From an uncultured Pseudomonadales bacterium (lineage in GTDB: Bacteria > Patescibacteriota > Microgenomatia > UBA1400 > UBA1396): DNA of 64,000 nt. The notes under the pieces are model-generated. The model did no database searches, had not been told where the DNA came from, and worked only from the letters and a program-made list of their open reading frames with translations. The translations under genes and the position numbers were made by a program. Within the stretch, counting starts at the first letter, position 1. Every line of letters begins with the position of its first letter. The stretch covers positions 432 through 64,431 of the forward strand of contig CAZRWP010000005.1 of assembly GCA_964603945.1 (NCBI GenBank), in the 5' to 3' direction. This document shows, piece by piece, positions 8,522-19,038 of the stretch.

Positions 8522-9713
8522 GGTTTTGCTCCTCCTAATTGGTCTGACCTCTTTACTGGGCCAATGGCAAAGACTATCAACACCTATTGGCTTGATCAGT
8601 CTGCATGAAATACTTTTGCTTGCCCTGGTTGTATTTAGTTTGTACCGGCATCGATCTGCTTGGTTGGACATGCTCAAACATCCAGCTGTTTGGCTTGTCA
8701 TAGCTTGGGTCGGCTGGCTATTGCTGATCACTATTATCAACTCGCAGATTACTGATAACTTTCAGTTGTTACAAGTTGGATTGGCATACTGGCTAAGATT
8801 AGTTTTATATGCCCTAAGCTGGTTTTCCTTAGGCGCTTATCTTAAGATAAATCCGGATCGCCGCAGAATAGTTCTTAATGGCTTAATGGCTTGGCTCGCG
8901 GTACAGTTGCTCTTTGGACTGGGTCAGTATTTGCTTCTGCCTGATACCCGTCAGTTAGTGTATTTAGGTTGGGACGACCATTTAAGTCGAGCGATGGGAA
9001 CGTTACTTGATCCCGGTTTTTTTGGCTTGCTGATGGTGTTTGGTGCCGTCCTTAGTTTTGACCGCTACTTAGAGAGTGCCAAACTCCAGAAACTCATCTT
9101 CAGCTGGTGGCCGATTTTATTTGCCGGCTTTGTTTTAGGCTTAGCCTTGTCATTTTCTCGAGCTTCTTACATAGCATATATTTCAGCTTTCTTGATTTAC
9201 GCGTTTTTAAAGCGCCAGCGAATCATCTGGCTAACTTTGCCGCTCTTAATAATGGCCATACTGCTGATTCCTAAAGATGGCGGGGGAGAGGGGCAAAAAT
9301 TACTGAGAACTAACAGTATTGAGGCGCGCACCGAAGTATTGAGTTACCACACCCAGGATTTTAGTGGCCTGAATTGGCTAATCGGCCGAGGCTGGTACTA
9401 CGAAGGCTCACTTCAGCTTCATCGCCAAGCCCTATCAGAAGAAAAAACGGAGTTCACCGCCACGAGTCACGCCCGCGCGGTTGATAATACTTATCTGCAC
9501 ATCTTATTCTCAGCCGGCATACCTGGATTATTCTTGTTTGGATTGATCTTAATGACCCTGGCTTGGAAACTGAGATTAGCGCCAACCGCCGAAGCTATTT
9601 TAGGCGCGGTAATAATCCACAGTTTATTTAGTACCGCCTTGCTATACCCTTGGGTTTGGCTAATTGGTGGCGGAGTAGTGGTTTTAAGTTTGACTCAGCT
9701 TGATCAAAAATAA
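8499..9713 (+). CDS. O-antigen ligase/polymerase-like (Wzy_C) membrane protein
   Basis: Polytopic; RAMGTLLDPGFFG, LSFSRASY, LIGRGW and DNTYLHILFSAGIPG. Confidence 0.82.
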   Translation: MKNITLTEVLLLLIGLTSLLGQWQRLSTPIGLISLHEILLLALVVFSLYRHRSAWLDMLKHPAVWLVIAWVGWLLLITIINSQITDNFQLLQVGLAYWLRLVLYALSWFSLGAYLKINPDRRRIVLNGLMAWLAVQLLFGLGQYLLLPDTRQLVYLGWDDHLSRAMGTLLDPGFFGLLMVFGAVLSFDRYLESAKLQKLIFSWWPILFAGFVLGLALSFSRASYIAYISAFLIYAFLKRQRIIWLTLPLLIMAILLIPKDGGGEGQKLLRTNSIEARTEVLSYHTQDFSGLNWLIGRGWYYEGSLQLHRQALSEEKTEFTATSHARAVDNTYLHILFSAGIPGLFLFGLILMTLAWKLRLAPTAEAILGAVIIHSLFSTALLYPWVWLIGGGVVVLSLTQLDQK

Positions 9714-9716
9714 AGT

Positions 9717-10529
9717 TTACTTATTCCCCTCTTTACTGCTGAACAGCCAAGTGCCCAGAGCAAATGAAATCAAGCCTAAAATCATAAAGATGGTGGCGTC
9801 GTACCAGATTGGATTGGAAACTACCAGGTCAAATTCTGGCCGTCCCATGAATAAAATGTTTCGCATTAGGTCAACGCCGTAATAAAGCGGATTGATGGAC
9901 TTTAAAATGTTCAAAATTAACGGCAGATTGTTGACCGGTGTAAAGGCGCCGCTTAAGAAAATCAGCGGAAAGACCAAAAATGGAAAGATTCTCTGAGCGC
10001 TTTCGGGTGTATCCAGGCGACTGGCGACTAATATTCCCATACTACCACCCACAAAGCTGGCTAAAATAATAATCGGTAAGGCGCTGAAGATTGTTGTTAG
10101 CGGAAAACTCACATTGACCAAAAAACCAAACAACATCAATCCAAGCACCTGAGCTAGGCCAACAAAACTTTCACCTAAGATTTTGCCTAAAATAATTGAA
10201 GCGCGGCTGATCGGCGAGACAAAAATGCCCATGGAAAAGTCCTTCTCGCGGTCAGTTATCAAAGACACAATGCCCATAAAACTGCTCTGGAAGATCGTCT
10301 GCAGAATTAAACCGGAAAATACATAATCCACGTAACTAAAACCGAGTTGCTGTGCTCCGATACCGGCGTCCAAGGTCACGGCAAAAATGCCTAAAAAGAC
10401 AATCGGAAAGATAAAAGTGCCGACAATTCTGCCCTTGTCACGCAAAAACTTTAACAGATCCCGCGTGGCCAGCATTAAAATATTGTTGAGCTCCCGCCGC
10501 CAATTCATGTTAAATATTTTCCAAGTCAT
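9717..10529 (-). CDS. ABC-2 type transporter permease
   Basis: Six TM helices; DREKDFS, SPISRASIILGK, FLSGAFTP and NPLYYGVDLMR. Confidence 0.9.
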   Translation of the reverse strand: MTWKIFNMNWRRELNNILMLATRDLLKFLRDKGRIVGTFIFPIVFLGIFAVTLDAGIGAQQLGFSYVDYVFSGLILQTIFQSSFMGIVSLITDREKDFSMGIFVSPISRASIILGKILGESFVGLAQVLGLMLFGFLVNVSFPLTTIFSALPIIILASFVGGSMGILVASRLDTPESAQRIFPFLVFPLIFLSGAFTPVNNLPLILNILKSINPLYYGVDLMRNILFMGRPEFDLVVSNPIWYDATIFMILGLISFALGTWLFSSKEGNK

Positions 10530-10547
10530 GTTGATTCCAATTCATAT

Positions 10548-11504
10548 TTAATCCATTTTCCGTCCGGTGAGGTGAATAAAAACGTCATCCAGCGATGGCT
10601 GGCGAATGTTAATTTCTTGTATATCTGATTTAAGCTGAGCAATGATTTTTTGCGCCGGCAATTTGGCTGTCTCAATAATAAACATCTGATTGCGGCCAAC
10701 TTGGTACTCAATCTTCATTTTTTCCAACTCTTTTTTTAACTGACTGGGCTTTGTCGGCTGAAGGTACAAAAGCTCTTGGCCTATCTGCTTTTTTAACTTG
10801 TCTGGCGTGTCGGTCACCAGAATTTCGCCATGATCAATAATACTGAGACGGTCACAAACCTCGGCTTCTTCCAGGTATTGGGTGGTCAAAAACATGGTAA
10901 AGTTCTTTTCTTTTTGCAAGTCAATTAAATAATCCCAGATAGCGCGTCGGCTTTGCGGATCCAAACCGGTCGTTGGTTCGTCTAAAAACAGGATTTGCGG
11001 AATATGGAACAAGGCCTTAGCAATGTCGACGCGGCGGCGCATGCCGCCGCTCAGCTTCTTGACCACTTGGTGCTTGGTTTGCGGCAAGCCTACCAGCTCC
11101 AGCACCTCATCAAGCCGGCGCTTATACTTGTCTGACATCAGCGAATACAGCGGAGCATAATCGGCTTGGCCGTACAGCACGGCGTGAGATCGGAGATTTT
11201 CCTCAACCGTCAACTTTTCATCCAAGGAAACCTTTTGGTAAACAACTCCAATTGTGGCGCGAACTTTATCTGGATCATCATTAACATTAAAACCATTGAC
11301 AATCGCCTGACCAGAAGTTGGAAATAAAGACGTTACTAAAACGCTGATGGTTGTACTCTTACCAGCGCCATTTGGGCCCAAAAAACCAAAGATCTCGCCA
11401 CGCTTCACCTGTAAATCAATTCCGTCAACCGCGTTCTCCGGCTCACCGTGATAACGCTTGACTAAATCTTTTACATCAATGGCCAAATGAGACTTATTTT
11501 TCAT
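10548..11504 (-). CDS. ABC transporter ATP-binding protein (DrrA-like)
   Basis: Walker A GPNGAGKST, signature LSGGMRRR, Walker B LFLDEPTTGLDP and C-terminal PSLDDVF. Confidence 0.93.
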   Translation of the reverse strand: MKNKSHLAIDVKDLVKRYHGEPENAVDGIDLQVKRGEIFGFLGPNGAGKSTTISVLVTSLFPTSGQAIVNGFNVNDDPDKVRATIGVVYQKVSLDEKLTVEENLRSHAVLYGQADYAPLYSLMSDKYKRRLDEVLELVGLPQTKHQVVKKLSGGMRRRVDIAKALFHIPQILFLDEPTTGLDPQSRRAIWDYLIDLQKEKNFTMFLTTQYLEEAEVCDRLSIIDHGEILVTDTPDKLKKQIGQELLYLQPTKPSQLKKELEKMKIEYQVGRNQMFIIETAKLPAQKIIAQLKSDIQEINIRQPSLDDVFIHLTGRKMD

Positions 11505-11544
11505 TTAGTTATTTCTATTAAGAGGATTTAGGCTCAATTCTATC

Positions 11545-13119
11545 TTATCTTGTTTTACTTACCATGGTCTTGTTTTCACGACTGGTAAAGTGACGGCCAT
11601 ATAAAAATAGAATTTCCCAGACCAGCTGAGTTAAATCTTTGACAAACCGCGTCGAATCTTCTGGGCTTAAATACTCAAATCTAAAAAAGCTATAGACCAG
11701 TTTATCTCTATTTAAAGCTGTTTTCCTGATTTTGCTTGAGAGGGCAATCGGTTCATTATTTACAACTTGAGTAATGATCCCAGGTGCCATAGATCCATTA
11801 GACTCTGATAACTGAGAATATCCATGGAGCAAATTAAAGACATTCAGCACCTGGGTGGGGTGGACGACTTGCTTTTGGGAAAAAGATCTGTGACCCGGTG
11901 TTGAGAGCACTTTTTGTTGGACGGCTTGCGAAAAATCAATTTGGTTTAGCTGATGGGCAGGAATTAAAAGTTGCACTTTAAACAGATCATCGGTTAAATC
12001 TAACCAGGTTTGAATTCTTTTTTTTAATTCAGAAAATTCAAATGGAATAACCCCACCCACTTTGTCTATCGAATCAATAAATTCCATTAATAGTTGTCTG
12101 GCATTTCTGATTTCCTTGGGTTGGCCGCGGTTATGGTTGAAAACAAGCTGTCTAGGCAGAGAACTACTGGCATGTAACCATGCTTGCTCAGATGTGCCTG
12201 GTCGAGTATGAAATTGAATAAACGGCTTAACAATAAATTCCTCTAATTGGTCTAGTTTGTCATCAAATTTCTTCAATAATTCCTTACTAAATTCAGCTTT
12301 AGTTAGTTCGCGTTCTGAATCAACCAATTCAGTTGTGAATCTTAGATGAGATGAATGTTTTGGTTTTTTCGAGGCAATTTTTCCCCAATCTTTAACTTTA
12401 AACCACGGATTATCCCACCTCATTCTTTGTTGAGCTAACTTTGGTAGATTTTTTAGGGGGTATTCATGATCTTCTGCCTCAAGTGGTTCTAAACTGAATT
12501 TATAGCCTAAGGCATGCAAAATATTTAAACTGAGCTGAGTTATTTGTTTAGCCAATTCGACATTATCATCACTGGATAAATTATTTATTGACATTTGGCT
12601 GAGAATACTCTGAATTTCTTGATCAACCCTGTTTAATCGAGATTGCCAATAGAAATCTGAGTTCTGCAATATATGAAATAACGCTAATAGTTCAGGCAAT
12701 ATACTGGCAATTAAGGTTGTGTTGTCAAGATAAGCTCGGTTTGGAACGCGGTCAGAATCCGAGTCACTTAAGGGCATCTTGACATACTTTTTCAACTGAA
12801 GAACAAACCAGTTAAACAACTTCTGTTGCGAAGGAGAAAATTCTGTGTAGTGAGCTTCCGTAATTAGTGAATTGCTTAAATTGTACCCATGATCCATTAT
12901 ATTTGGCGCCCTATTTGCTTTAGCAGTTTCTGGTTCTGGTCGTTTCTTTTCTTTAATTTCGCGATCAATGCTTTCAAAATTAAATGGGGGAACGAAATTA
13001 GTGAGATCATCATTTGCTGTCTGAGCTCTTAGTTCAATAACTGAGTCTTGAAATGCCTGGAAATTACCAGAACCATTTCTGGATCTTCCACTTCGTTCAA
13101 TGTCAAAGCTTCTTTTCAT
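11545..13119 (-). CDS. hypothetical protein (524 aa, no recognised domain)
   Basis: Long AT-rich ORF; no motif recognised. Confidence 0.7.
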   Translation of the reverse strand: MKRSFDIERSGRSRNGSGNFQAFQDSVIELRAQTANDDLTNFVPPFNFESIDREIKEKKRPEPETAKANRAPNIMDHGYNLSNSLITEAHYTEFSPSQQKLFNWFVLQLKKYVKMPLSDSDSDRVPNRAYLDNTTLIASILPELLALFHILQNSDFYWQSRLNRVDQEIQSILSQMSINNLSSDDNVELAKQITQLSLNILHALGYKFSLEPLEAEDHEYPLKNLPKLAQQRMRWDNPWFKVKDWGKIASKKPKHSSHLRFTTELVDSERELTKAEFSKELLKKFDDKLDQLEEFIVKPFIQFHTRPGTSEQAWLHASSSLPRQLVFNHNRGQPKEIRNARQLLMEFIDSIDKVGGVIPFEFSELKKRIQTWLDLTDDLFKVQLLIPAHQLNQIDFSQAVQQKVLSTPGHRSFSQKQVVHPTQVLNVFNLLHGYSQLSESNGSMAPGIITQVVNNEPIALSSKIRKTALNRDKLVYSFFRFEYLSPEDSTRFVKDLTQLVWEILFLYGRHFTSRENKTMVSKTR

Positions 13120-13317
13120 AGAATCTAAATTAATAGTTAGTTATTATTAAAAATAAATAGTATTTATCCTAAATAAAACCCGAGTCTAGCCTGCCTTGGT
13201 AAAGAAAATGTAAGAAATCCCGACAACAAAATTTTCAATAAATAAATCAGCTTAAAAAAGTAAAAGCCGTCACATTGTATTGGATCAGAAACAAAAATAT
13301 CATAAAAGTATGAAAAG

Positions 13318-13390
13318 TGAGCCCGGCTGGGATCGAACCAGCGACGCGCAGCTTAAAAGGCTGCCGCTCTAACCACTGAGCTACGGGCCC
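13318..13390 (-). tRNA. tRNA-Lys(UUU), CCA not encoded
   Basis: Reverse complement GGGCCCGTAGCTCAGTGGTTAGAGCGGCAGCCTTTTAAGCTGCGCGTCGCTGGTTCGATCCCAGCCGGGCTCA; anticodon loop CT-TTT-AA. Confidence 0.95.
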
Positions 13391-13584
13391 GAGAACCTCT
13401 GAATTGTAACACAAGACGCCTCTAAAATAATCAATTAATTGGTCATAGTTCAATTGAATTTTGAACAATTTAACTACTAAAAACTGTAACCTTACGGCTT
13501 TCTTGCCCATTTCTTTTGATGTTATATCGCAAAATTATCATGATAATCTCTCGTACAAAAAATGAATTAGGACAAATCCGAAAT

Positions 13585-14787
13585 ATGAAAATAGCTCAAA
13601 TTGCTCCTATTATCGAAAGAGTTCCTCCCAAAAAATATGGTGGCACCGAGAGAGTGGTCTACACCTTAACAGAAAATTTGCTCAAAAGAGGTCATGAGGT
13701 AACACTATTTGCCTCTGGCGACTCACTCACTTCTGGCACATTACAAAGCATTATTCCACGTTCCATGCGTGAATTAGGCATTAGAGATCTCTATGGCTTA
13801 AATGAGTGGCCACTGATGAACTTGGGTCAAGCCTATAAGATGCAATCGGAATTTGACTTGATTCATGATCATCACCACTACATCAGCTTGCCGACTTCTC
13901 ATCTGGCCCAAAAACCAGTGATTATGACTTTACACGGTCCCGTTACCGTCAATCAAAAAAAGATGTTCACCATGTTCAACAATCCGTATGTGGTGACAAT
14001 TTCTCAGGCGCAACTGCCAAATCCAGGCCAAATTAACCATGCTGGTGTGATTCATAATGGCTTAGACATGGAAAATTACCCCTTTAGCGCTGAGCATGAG
14101 GGATATTTGTTATTTGTAGGTCGAATGTCAGAGGAGAAAGGTGTGCATGTGGCAATTGAAGTTGCTCGCACCCTGGGTTTGCCACTGATCATTGCAGCTA
14201 AACTGGACAGAATTGACCGCCGACACTTTGAAGAAAAAGTTGAGCCCTATCTCAATGACAATCAAATTAAGTGGGTGGGTGAAGTGGATGAGCATCAGCG
14301 AAATGATTTAATGAGTAAAGCTATGTGCTTACTACATCCTATTTCCTTTAGAGAACCGTTTGGTTTAAACATGATAGAAGCCATGGCTTGTGGCTGTCCG
14401 GTTATAGCTTTCAGGCGTGGTTCAATTCCGGAAATTATTGAAGATGGTAAAACTGGTTTTATTGTTGAGGATACAGTTGAGATGATTGAGAAGGTAGATG
14501 AGATAGAAATAATTGACCGAGCTTATTGCCGTGAGCACTCGCTTGCCAACTTCAATGCCGATAAAATGACCGATGCTTATGAAGAAGTATATCGCCAAGT
14601 ACTTGAGGCTGATAAACAACCTCTGGACCAAATCATTCCAGATTCAATCCAAACAAATGACCAGATCGCCAGCCAAACAAACACCAGGCTAAACAAAACA
14701 TCAAATAATGGTCAATCTTTAGCGCGCAAGCAGAAATTAATCACCAATCCAGAGGTGCTCTTCTCGGATAAATTTTTAAAGACTTAG
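13585..14787 (+). CDS. glycosyltransferase family 4 (GT-B)
   Basis: MKIAQIAP...VPPKKYGGTERVV, FVGRMSEEKG and EPFGLNMIEAMACGCPVIA (Ex7E). Confidence 0.92.
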   Translation: MKIAQIAPIIERVPPKKYGGTERVVYTLTENLLKRGHEVTLFASGDSLTSGTLQSIIPRSMRELGIRDLYGLNEWPLMNLGQAYKMQSEFDLIHDHHHYISLPTSHLAQKPVIMTLHGPVTVNQKKMFTMFNNPYVVTISQAQLPNPGQINHAGVIHNGLDMENYPFSAEHEGYLLFVGRMSEEKGVHVAIEVARTLGLPLIIAAKLDRIDRRHFEEKVEPYLNDNQIKWVGEVDEHQRNDLMSKAMCLLHPISFREPFGLNMIEAMACGCPVIAFRRGSIPEIIEDGKTGFIVEDTVEMIEKVDEIEIIDRAYCREHSLANFNADKMTDAYEEVYRQVLEADKQPLDQIIPDSIQTNDQIASQTNTRLNKTSNNGQSLARKQKLITNPEVLFSDKFLKT

Positions 14788-14853
14788 TATAGAAATTTGC
14801 ATTTAATAGCCGTACTTGTTGAGATCAGCATTTCTTGTCATAATGAGCGAAGA

Positions 14854-16035
14854 ATGCCCGAAACTGATTCTCCTTTAGCGATGTTGTTGAGACCTCTATC
14901 TCTAGATGATGTGGTTGGACAACAGCACTTGATTGGTCCTGGCAAGCCACTTCGCCAACTAATTGACCAAAAACAATTATTTTCCATGCTGTTTTGGGGT
15001 CCGCCTGGAGTTGGAAAAACTACTTTAGCGCGCATCTTGGCAAAAGCCACCGAACGAGAATTTTACGAGCTTTCCGCAGTGGCCGCTAGCAAAGGTGATG
15101 TCCGAGATGTTATCAATTTGGCTAATCAGGGTCAGAAATTACTTACCCAATCTCATCGGGCACCAGTTTTGTTTTTGGATGAAATTCACCGATTTAATAA
15201 GGCTCAACAGGATTACTTACTGCCTCATGTCGAAAAAGGGACGATTATTTTAATTGGTGCCACCACGGAAAATCCTTCGTTTGAGGTAATAGCACCACTT
15301 TTGTCTCGCTTGAGAGTATTTGTGCTGGAGGAGTTGTCACTTGATGATCTGCGAGAATTGGTTCTTAAAGCTGCCAAAGAATTAAAAACCACCATAAAAA
15401 AAGCCGCGGTAGATGAAGCCATTCGTTTAGCCAATGGCGATGCCCGCGCTGTGCTGACCTTAATTGATAACTGCTGGCAAACATATCATTCAATTACGAT
15501 TGAAAATCTGAAGAATTTGGGCGATACCGGATTGCGTTACGACAAACAAGGTGACCAGCATTTTGATACTATCAGCGCGCTAATTAAAAGCATGCGCGCC
15601 AGCAACATCGATGCCGCCTTATATTATTTAGCTCGTTTAGTTGAGGGCGGAGAAGACCTCAAATTTATTGCTCGCCGCTTGGTTATTTTTGCCAGCGAAG
15701 ATATAGGGTTAGCGCAACCGACCGCTTTAGTGGTGGCCAATGCGGTTTTTGAAGCGGTGAATAAAGTTGGTTATCCAGAAGCGCAAATCAATTTAGCCCA
15801 TGGTGTTGCCTATTTAGCTCAAGCCAAGAAAAATCGGAGCGCCTACAATGCCTATTTTGCCGCTTTAGCCGATGTTAAGGCGACTGGAAACCTGCCCATA
15901 CCAAAACTATTGCGTAACGCACCAACCAAATTAATGGAAGAACTTGGCTATGGTGAGGGCTACGAGATGTATAGCCAGCAGGATTTATTGCCGGCCCAGC
16001 TTAAAGGCAAAAAGTATTACTCAGATCGAGATTGA
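14854..16035 (+). CDS. rarA: replication-associated recombination protein A (MgsA/RarA)
   Basis: FWGPPGVGKTT, LFLDEIHRFNKAQQD, GATTENPSF, ISALIKSMR, ASEDIGLA and GYGEGY. Confidence 0.95.
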   Translation: MPETDSPLAMLLRPLSLDDVVGQQHLIGPGKPLRQLIDQKQLFSMLFWGPPGVGKTTLARILAKATEREFYELSAVAASKGDVRDVINLANQGQKLLTQSHRAPVLFLDEIHRFNKAQQDYLLPHVEKGTIILIGATTENPSFEVIAPLLSRLRVFVLEELSLDDLRELVLKAAKELKTTIKKAAVDEAIRLANGDARAVLTLIDNCWQTYHSITIENLKNLGDTGLRYDKQGDQHFDTISALIKSMRASNIDAALYYLARLVEGGEDLKFIARRLVIFASEDIGLAQPTALVVANAVFEAVNKVGYPEAQINLAHGVAYLAQAKKNRSAYNAYFAALADVKATGNLPIPKLLRNAPTKLMEELGYGEGYEMYSQQDLLPAQLKGKKYYSDRD

Positions 16036-16122
16036 TTACTACATGATACGACTAATATTTACTATTGCTAATTGTTATAGCTGACTCTTGATTCAAGCGT
16101 TCCTTCAGTATAGGCTATGGTC

Positions 16123-16758
16123 ATGTCGGTGACCTCACGGTGGCCAGTTTTAGCAGTTCTAATTTGTAGCTCGGTTTTGCTGTCCGCTTGCTATTCAACT
16201 CAGTCAAATAATGCTCAAGAATTTCCATCTACACCATCGGAACTCCAAAATTCCAAGCCGGATGGTAATGAGGCCGGTTCGGTTTCCACCGATATCGATT
16301 TGACTCCTCAAAACACACAAGTCCCTATGCCCGACCAAAATATTCAGCAATATCCCGTACAAAATAATAATCAAGCACAGGAGAATCCTATGGACCTACC
16401 AACATCTAATGACCCAAACGCCAATAACCCGCTGCCGCCCTTTATCGAGGAGCTTAAAGTTGAGACAGTCCAGCCTGGAACCGGTGGCATTGTGGCGGCC
16501 GGCGACACTGTCAAGGCGCAGTATAAAGGCCAGTTGACTAACGGTTCGGTTTTTGACCAGGGAACTTTTAGTTTTGAGGTAGGTGCTGGACGTGTAATTC
16601 AAGGTTGGGATCAAGGTTTTGTTGGTTTGCAAGAAGGTGGTCAGTACCGCTTGCTGATACCAGCTGAACTTGGGTATGGCGCAAGCGGCGCAGGTGCTTC
16701 AATACCACCCAATGCTGATTTAGTCTTTGATGTAACGGTGATCGAAATACAAAAATAA
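16123..16758 (+). CDS. FKBP-type peptidyl-prolyl isomerase, lipoprotein
   Basis: Lipobox LLSAC, Q/N/P-rich linker, then YKGQL...FD, VIQGWDQG, IPAELGYG and IPPNADLVFDV. Confidence 0.9.
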   Translation: MSVTSRWPVLAVLICSSVLLSACYSTQSNNAQEFPSTPSELQNSKPDGNEAGSVSTDIDLTPQNTQVPMPDQNIQQYPVQNNNQAQENPMDLPTSNDPNANNPLPPFIEELKVETVQPGTGGIVAAGDTVKAQYKGQLTNGSVFDQGTFSFEVGAGRVIQGWDQGFVGLQEGGQYRLLIPAELGYGASGAGASIPPNADLVFDVTVIEIQK

Positions 16759-16767
16759 AGGAGGCCT

Positions 16768-18018
16768 ATGGCAGCCATTAATAAAGTATTCGGGCGTCAG
16801 ATTCTTGACTCTCGAGGGAATCCAACGGTTGAAGTTGAGGTTACATTAAAGAATGGCTCTTTTGGTCGCGCTGCTATTCCATCTGGCGCTAGCACCGGTA
16901 GTCGCGAAGCATTGGAACTTCGTGATGGCAGTGACATTTACATGGGCAAATCAGTTAATCAGGCAGTCGCTAATGTTAATACAACTTTAAGTGAACTCGT
17001 TACAGGCAAAGAGTTAACGCAATCTAGTCTTGATATGGCAATGATTGAGGCTGACGGCACAGAATTCAAAAGCAAGTTAGGCGCTAATGCTATTCTAGGT
17101 GTTTCTTTGGCTTTTGCGGTTGCTCAAGCACAATCACTAAAATTACCGGTTTATCAATATATAGCAGATCTAATTGGTCAGACTCCTAGTTTGCCTCGAC
17201 CAATGCTTAATATTATGAATGGCGGTGCTCACGCCGACTGGGCGACAGATATCCAGGAATACATGATTTTGCCGATGGGTAACATTCCTTACGCTGAGAA
17301 AATTCGCAAGTCAGTTGAAGTATTTCATCATCTTGGCAAACTTTTAAAAGCCAAGGGTTATTCAACCAATGTTGGTAATGAAGGCGGATACGCTCCGGCA
17401 ATTAAAAGCAATGCTGAAGCTTTTGAACTAATATTGGCTGCTATTGCTAAAGCTGGCTACGCGATTGGTGAAGATAAAGATTTCTTGTTAGGAATCGATG
17501 CGGCGGCTACTGAGTTCTACCAGGATGGCCAGTATCACCTTAAGCGAGATAACTCAGTTAAGTCTCCGGACGAAATGATAGATTGGCTAGTCGAATTGAC
17601 CGAAAAATATCCTCTTTATTCGCTGGAAGATCCTTTGGCTGAAGCAGATTGGGAAGGTTGGCAGAAATTAACTGCCAGAATTGGCAAGGACCACCAAATT
17701 GTCGGCGATGATTTATTAGTAACAAATCCCAAATTTGTTGCTAAAGCCATTGAAGAAAATAGTTGCAATGCTGTTTTGATTAAATTAAATCAAATTGGTA
17801 CGCTTAGCGAGACCCTGGAAGCCATCAAAATGACGCAAGAGAATGGTTGGAAGGCTGTCTGTTCACACCGCAGTGGTGAAACAGAAGATGTTTTCTTGGC
17901 TCACTTGGCTGTCGGCACCAATTCTGGCCAGATTAAAACCGGCGCGCCGTCTCGCACCGACCGTACTTCAAAATACAATGAGCTTCTACGGATTGCCGAG
18001 CAAATTGAGAAGATTTAA
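16768..18018 (+). CDS. eno: enolase
   Basis: ILDSRGNPTVEV, PSGASTG, LGANAILGVS, VGDDL, KLNQIGT and SHRSGETED; SD AAGGAGG upstream. Confidence 0.98.
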   Translation: MAAINKVFGRQILDSRGNPTVEVEVTLKNGSFGRAAIPSGASTGSREALELRDGSDIYMGKSVNQAVANVNTTLSELVTGKELTQSSLDMAMIEADGTEFKSKLGANAILGVSLAFAVAQAQSLKLPVYQYIADLIGQTPSLPRPMLNIMNGGAHADWATDIQEYMILPMGNIPYAEKIRKSVEVFHHLGKLLKAKGYSTNVGNEGGYAPAIKSNAEAFELILAAIAKAGYAIGEDKDFLLGIDAAATEFYQDGQYHLKRDNSVKSPDEMIDWLVELTEKYPLYSLEDPLAEADWEGWQKLTARIGKDHQIVGDDLLVTNPKFVAKAIEENSCNAVLIKLNQIGTLSETLEAIKMTQENGWKAVCSHRSGETEDVFLAHLAVGTNSGQIKTGAPSRTDRTSKYNELLRIAEQIEKI

Positions 18019-18051
18019 AAGTAAGAAATAACAAAAAATAAAGGAGTCAGC

Positions 18052-18660
18052 ATGGGCATTTTGGTCCTAGTTAGACATGGTGTTACAGAATGGAATCAAC
18101 AAAAACGCTTTACCGGGTTCACCGATGTTCCGTTGCCGGAAATAGGGCAGGAACAAGCCAAAAAAGTCGGTCAGCAGTTAAAAGAGTTGGGTTATGACAA
18201 ATTTGACGGTTTCTATACCTCCTGGTTGGCGCGATCCATCGAGACGCTTAAAATTATTTTAGCTGAATTAGGAATTCCAAATCAGGAATATACTCAGCAC
18301 CCATTTTTAAATGAGCGCCATTATGGTATTTTGCAGGGTTTGTTCCATCAGGAAATGCGCGAAAAATATGGTGAGGAACAAGTTCAAATCTGGCGCCGCA
18401 GTTATGCTACTAGACCACCAAACGGTGAATCACTCCGCGATGTAGTCGTCCGAACTCAGTTTTACTTAAATGATGAGATATTACCCCGCGTCAAAAATGG
18501 CGAAAATATTCTGGTCTGCGCCCACGGCAACTCCAATCGCGCCATGGTCAAACAACTGGAAAACATCTCTGACGACGATATTGTGAAGCGCGAAATCGCC
18601 TGGGATGAGCCGCTGATCTACGAGATTGACCAAGAGGGCGAGGTTAAACGGTTGCTATAG
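18052..18660 (+). CDS. gpmA: 2,3-bisphosphoglycerate-dependent phosphoglycerate mutase
   Basis: LVRHG...WN...FTG, LNERHYG.LQG, QVQIWRRSY, PPNGESL and AHGNS; directly after eno. Confidence 0.92.
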   Translation: MGILVLVRHGVTEWNQQKRFTGFTDVPLPEIGQEQAKKVGQQLKELGYDKFDGFYTSWLARSIETLKIILAELGIPNQEYTQHPFLNERHYGILQGLFHQEMREKYGEEQVQIWRRSYATRPPNGESLRDVVVRTQFYLNDEILPRVKNGENILVCAHGNSNRAMVKQLENISDDDIVKREIAWDEPLIYEIDQEGEVKRLL

Positions 18661-18801
18661 ATTGTATTGACAAGCTTTATTTTGATTAATATTGCTTGTT
18701 AAATTGTGGTGTAAACATAATTTATACTATGATTTTATTTAGCTGAATTTTTGTGTACCCAAACTTGCAGAAGGCATATATTTACGTGTAAAATCGTAAA
18801 A

Positions 18802-19035
18802 ATGCCTGAAAAGGCAGAAGGGAGTGGCGGTATGTCTCGTCATAGAGATAGGGGTGATTTAAGAGACGCATTAACAAGACTCGGAATGCAAAGCTCAGCT
18901 GATTTGCTAAGAATGATTGAAAAGAAGAGTCTTTTTCCAAACAGGAGGAGAGTAGAATTTGGCACACAGAAGCCAACTGATACAGAAGCTGAAAAGTCTG
19001 TGCCGGTGTCTGCTGATCAAAATGCTACTCGTTAG
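18802..19035 (+). CDS. small hypothetical protein
   Basis: ATG 18802 lies 7 nt after TAAAAT (18789-18794), the same geometry as at confirmed genes. No domain recognised. Confidence 0.45.
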   Translation: MPEKAEGSGGMSRHRDRGDLRDALTRLGMQSSADLLRMIEKKSLFPNRRRVEFGTQKPTDTEAEKSVPVSADQNATR

Positions 19036-19038
19036 TCA

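Noticed and set aside
13247-13510. 87-aa ORF on the minus strand
   Set aside because: It overlaps tRNA-Lys; shadow ORF.
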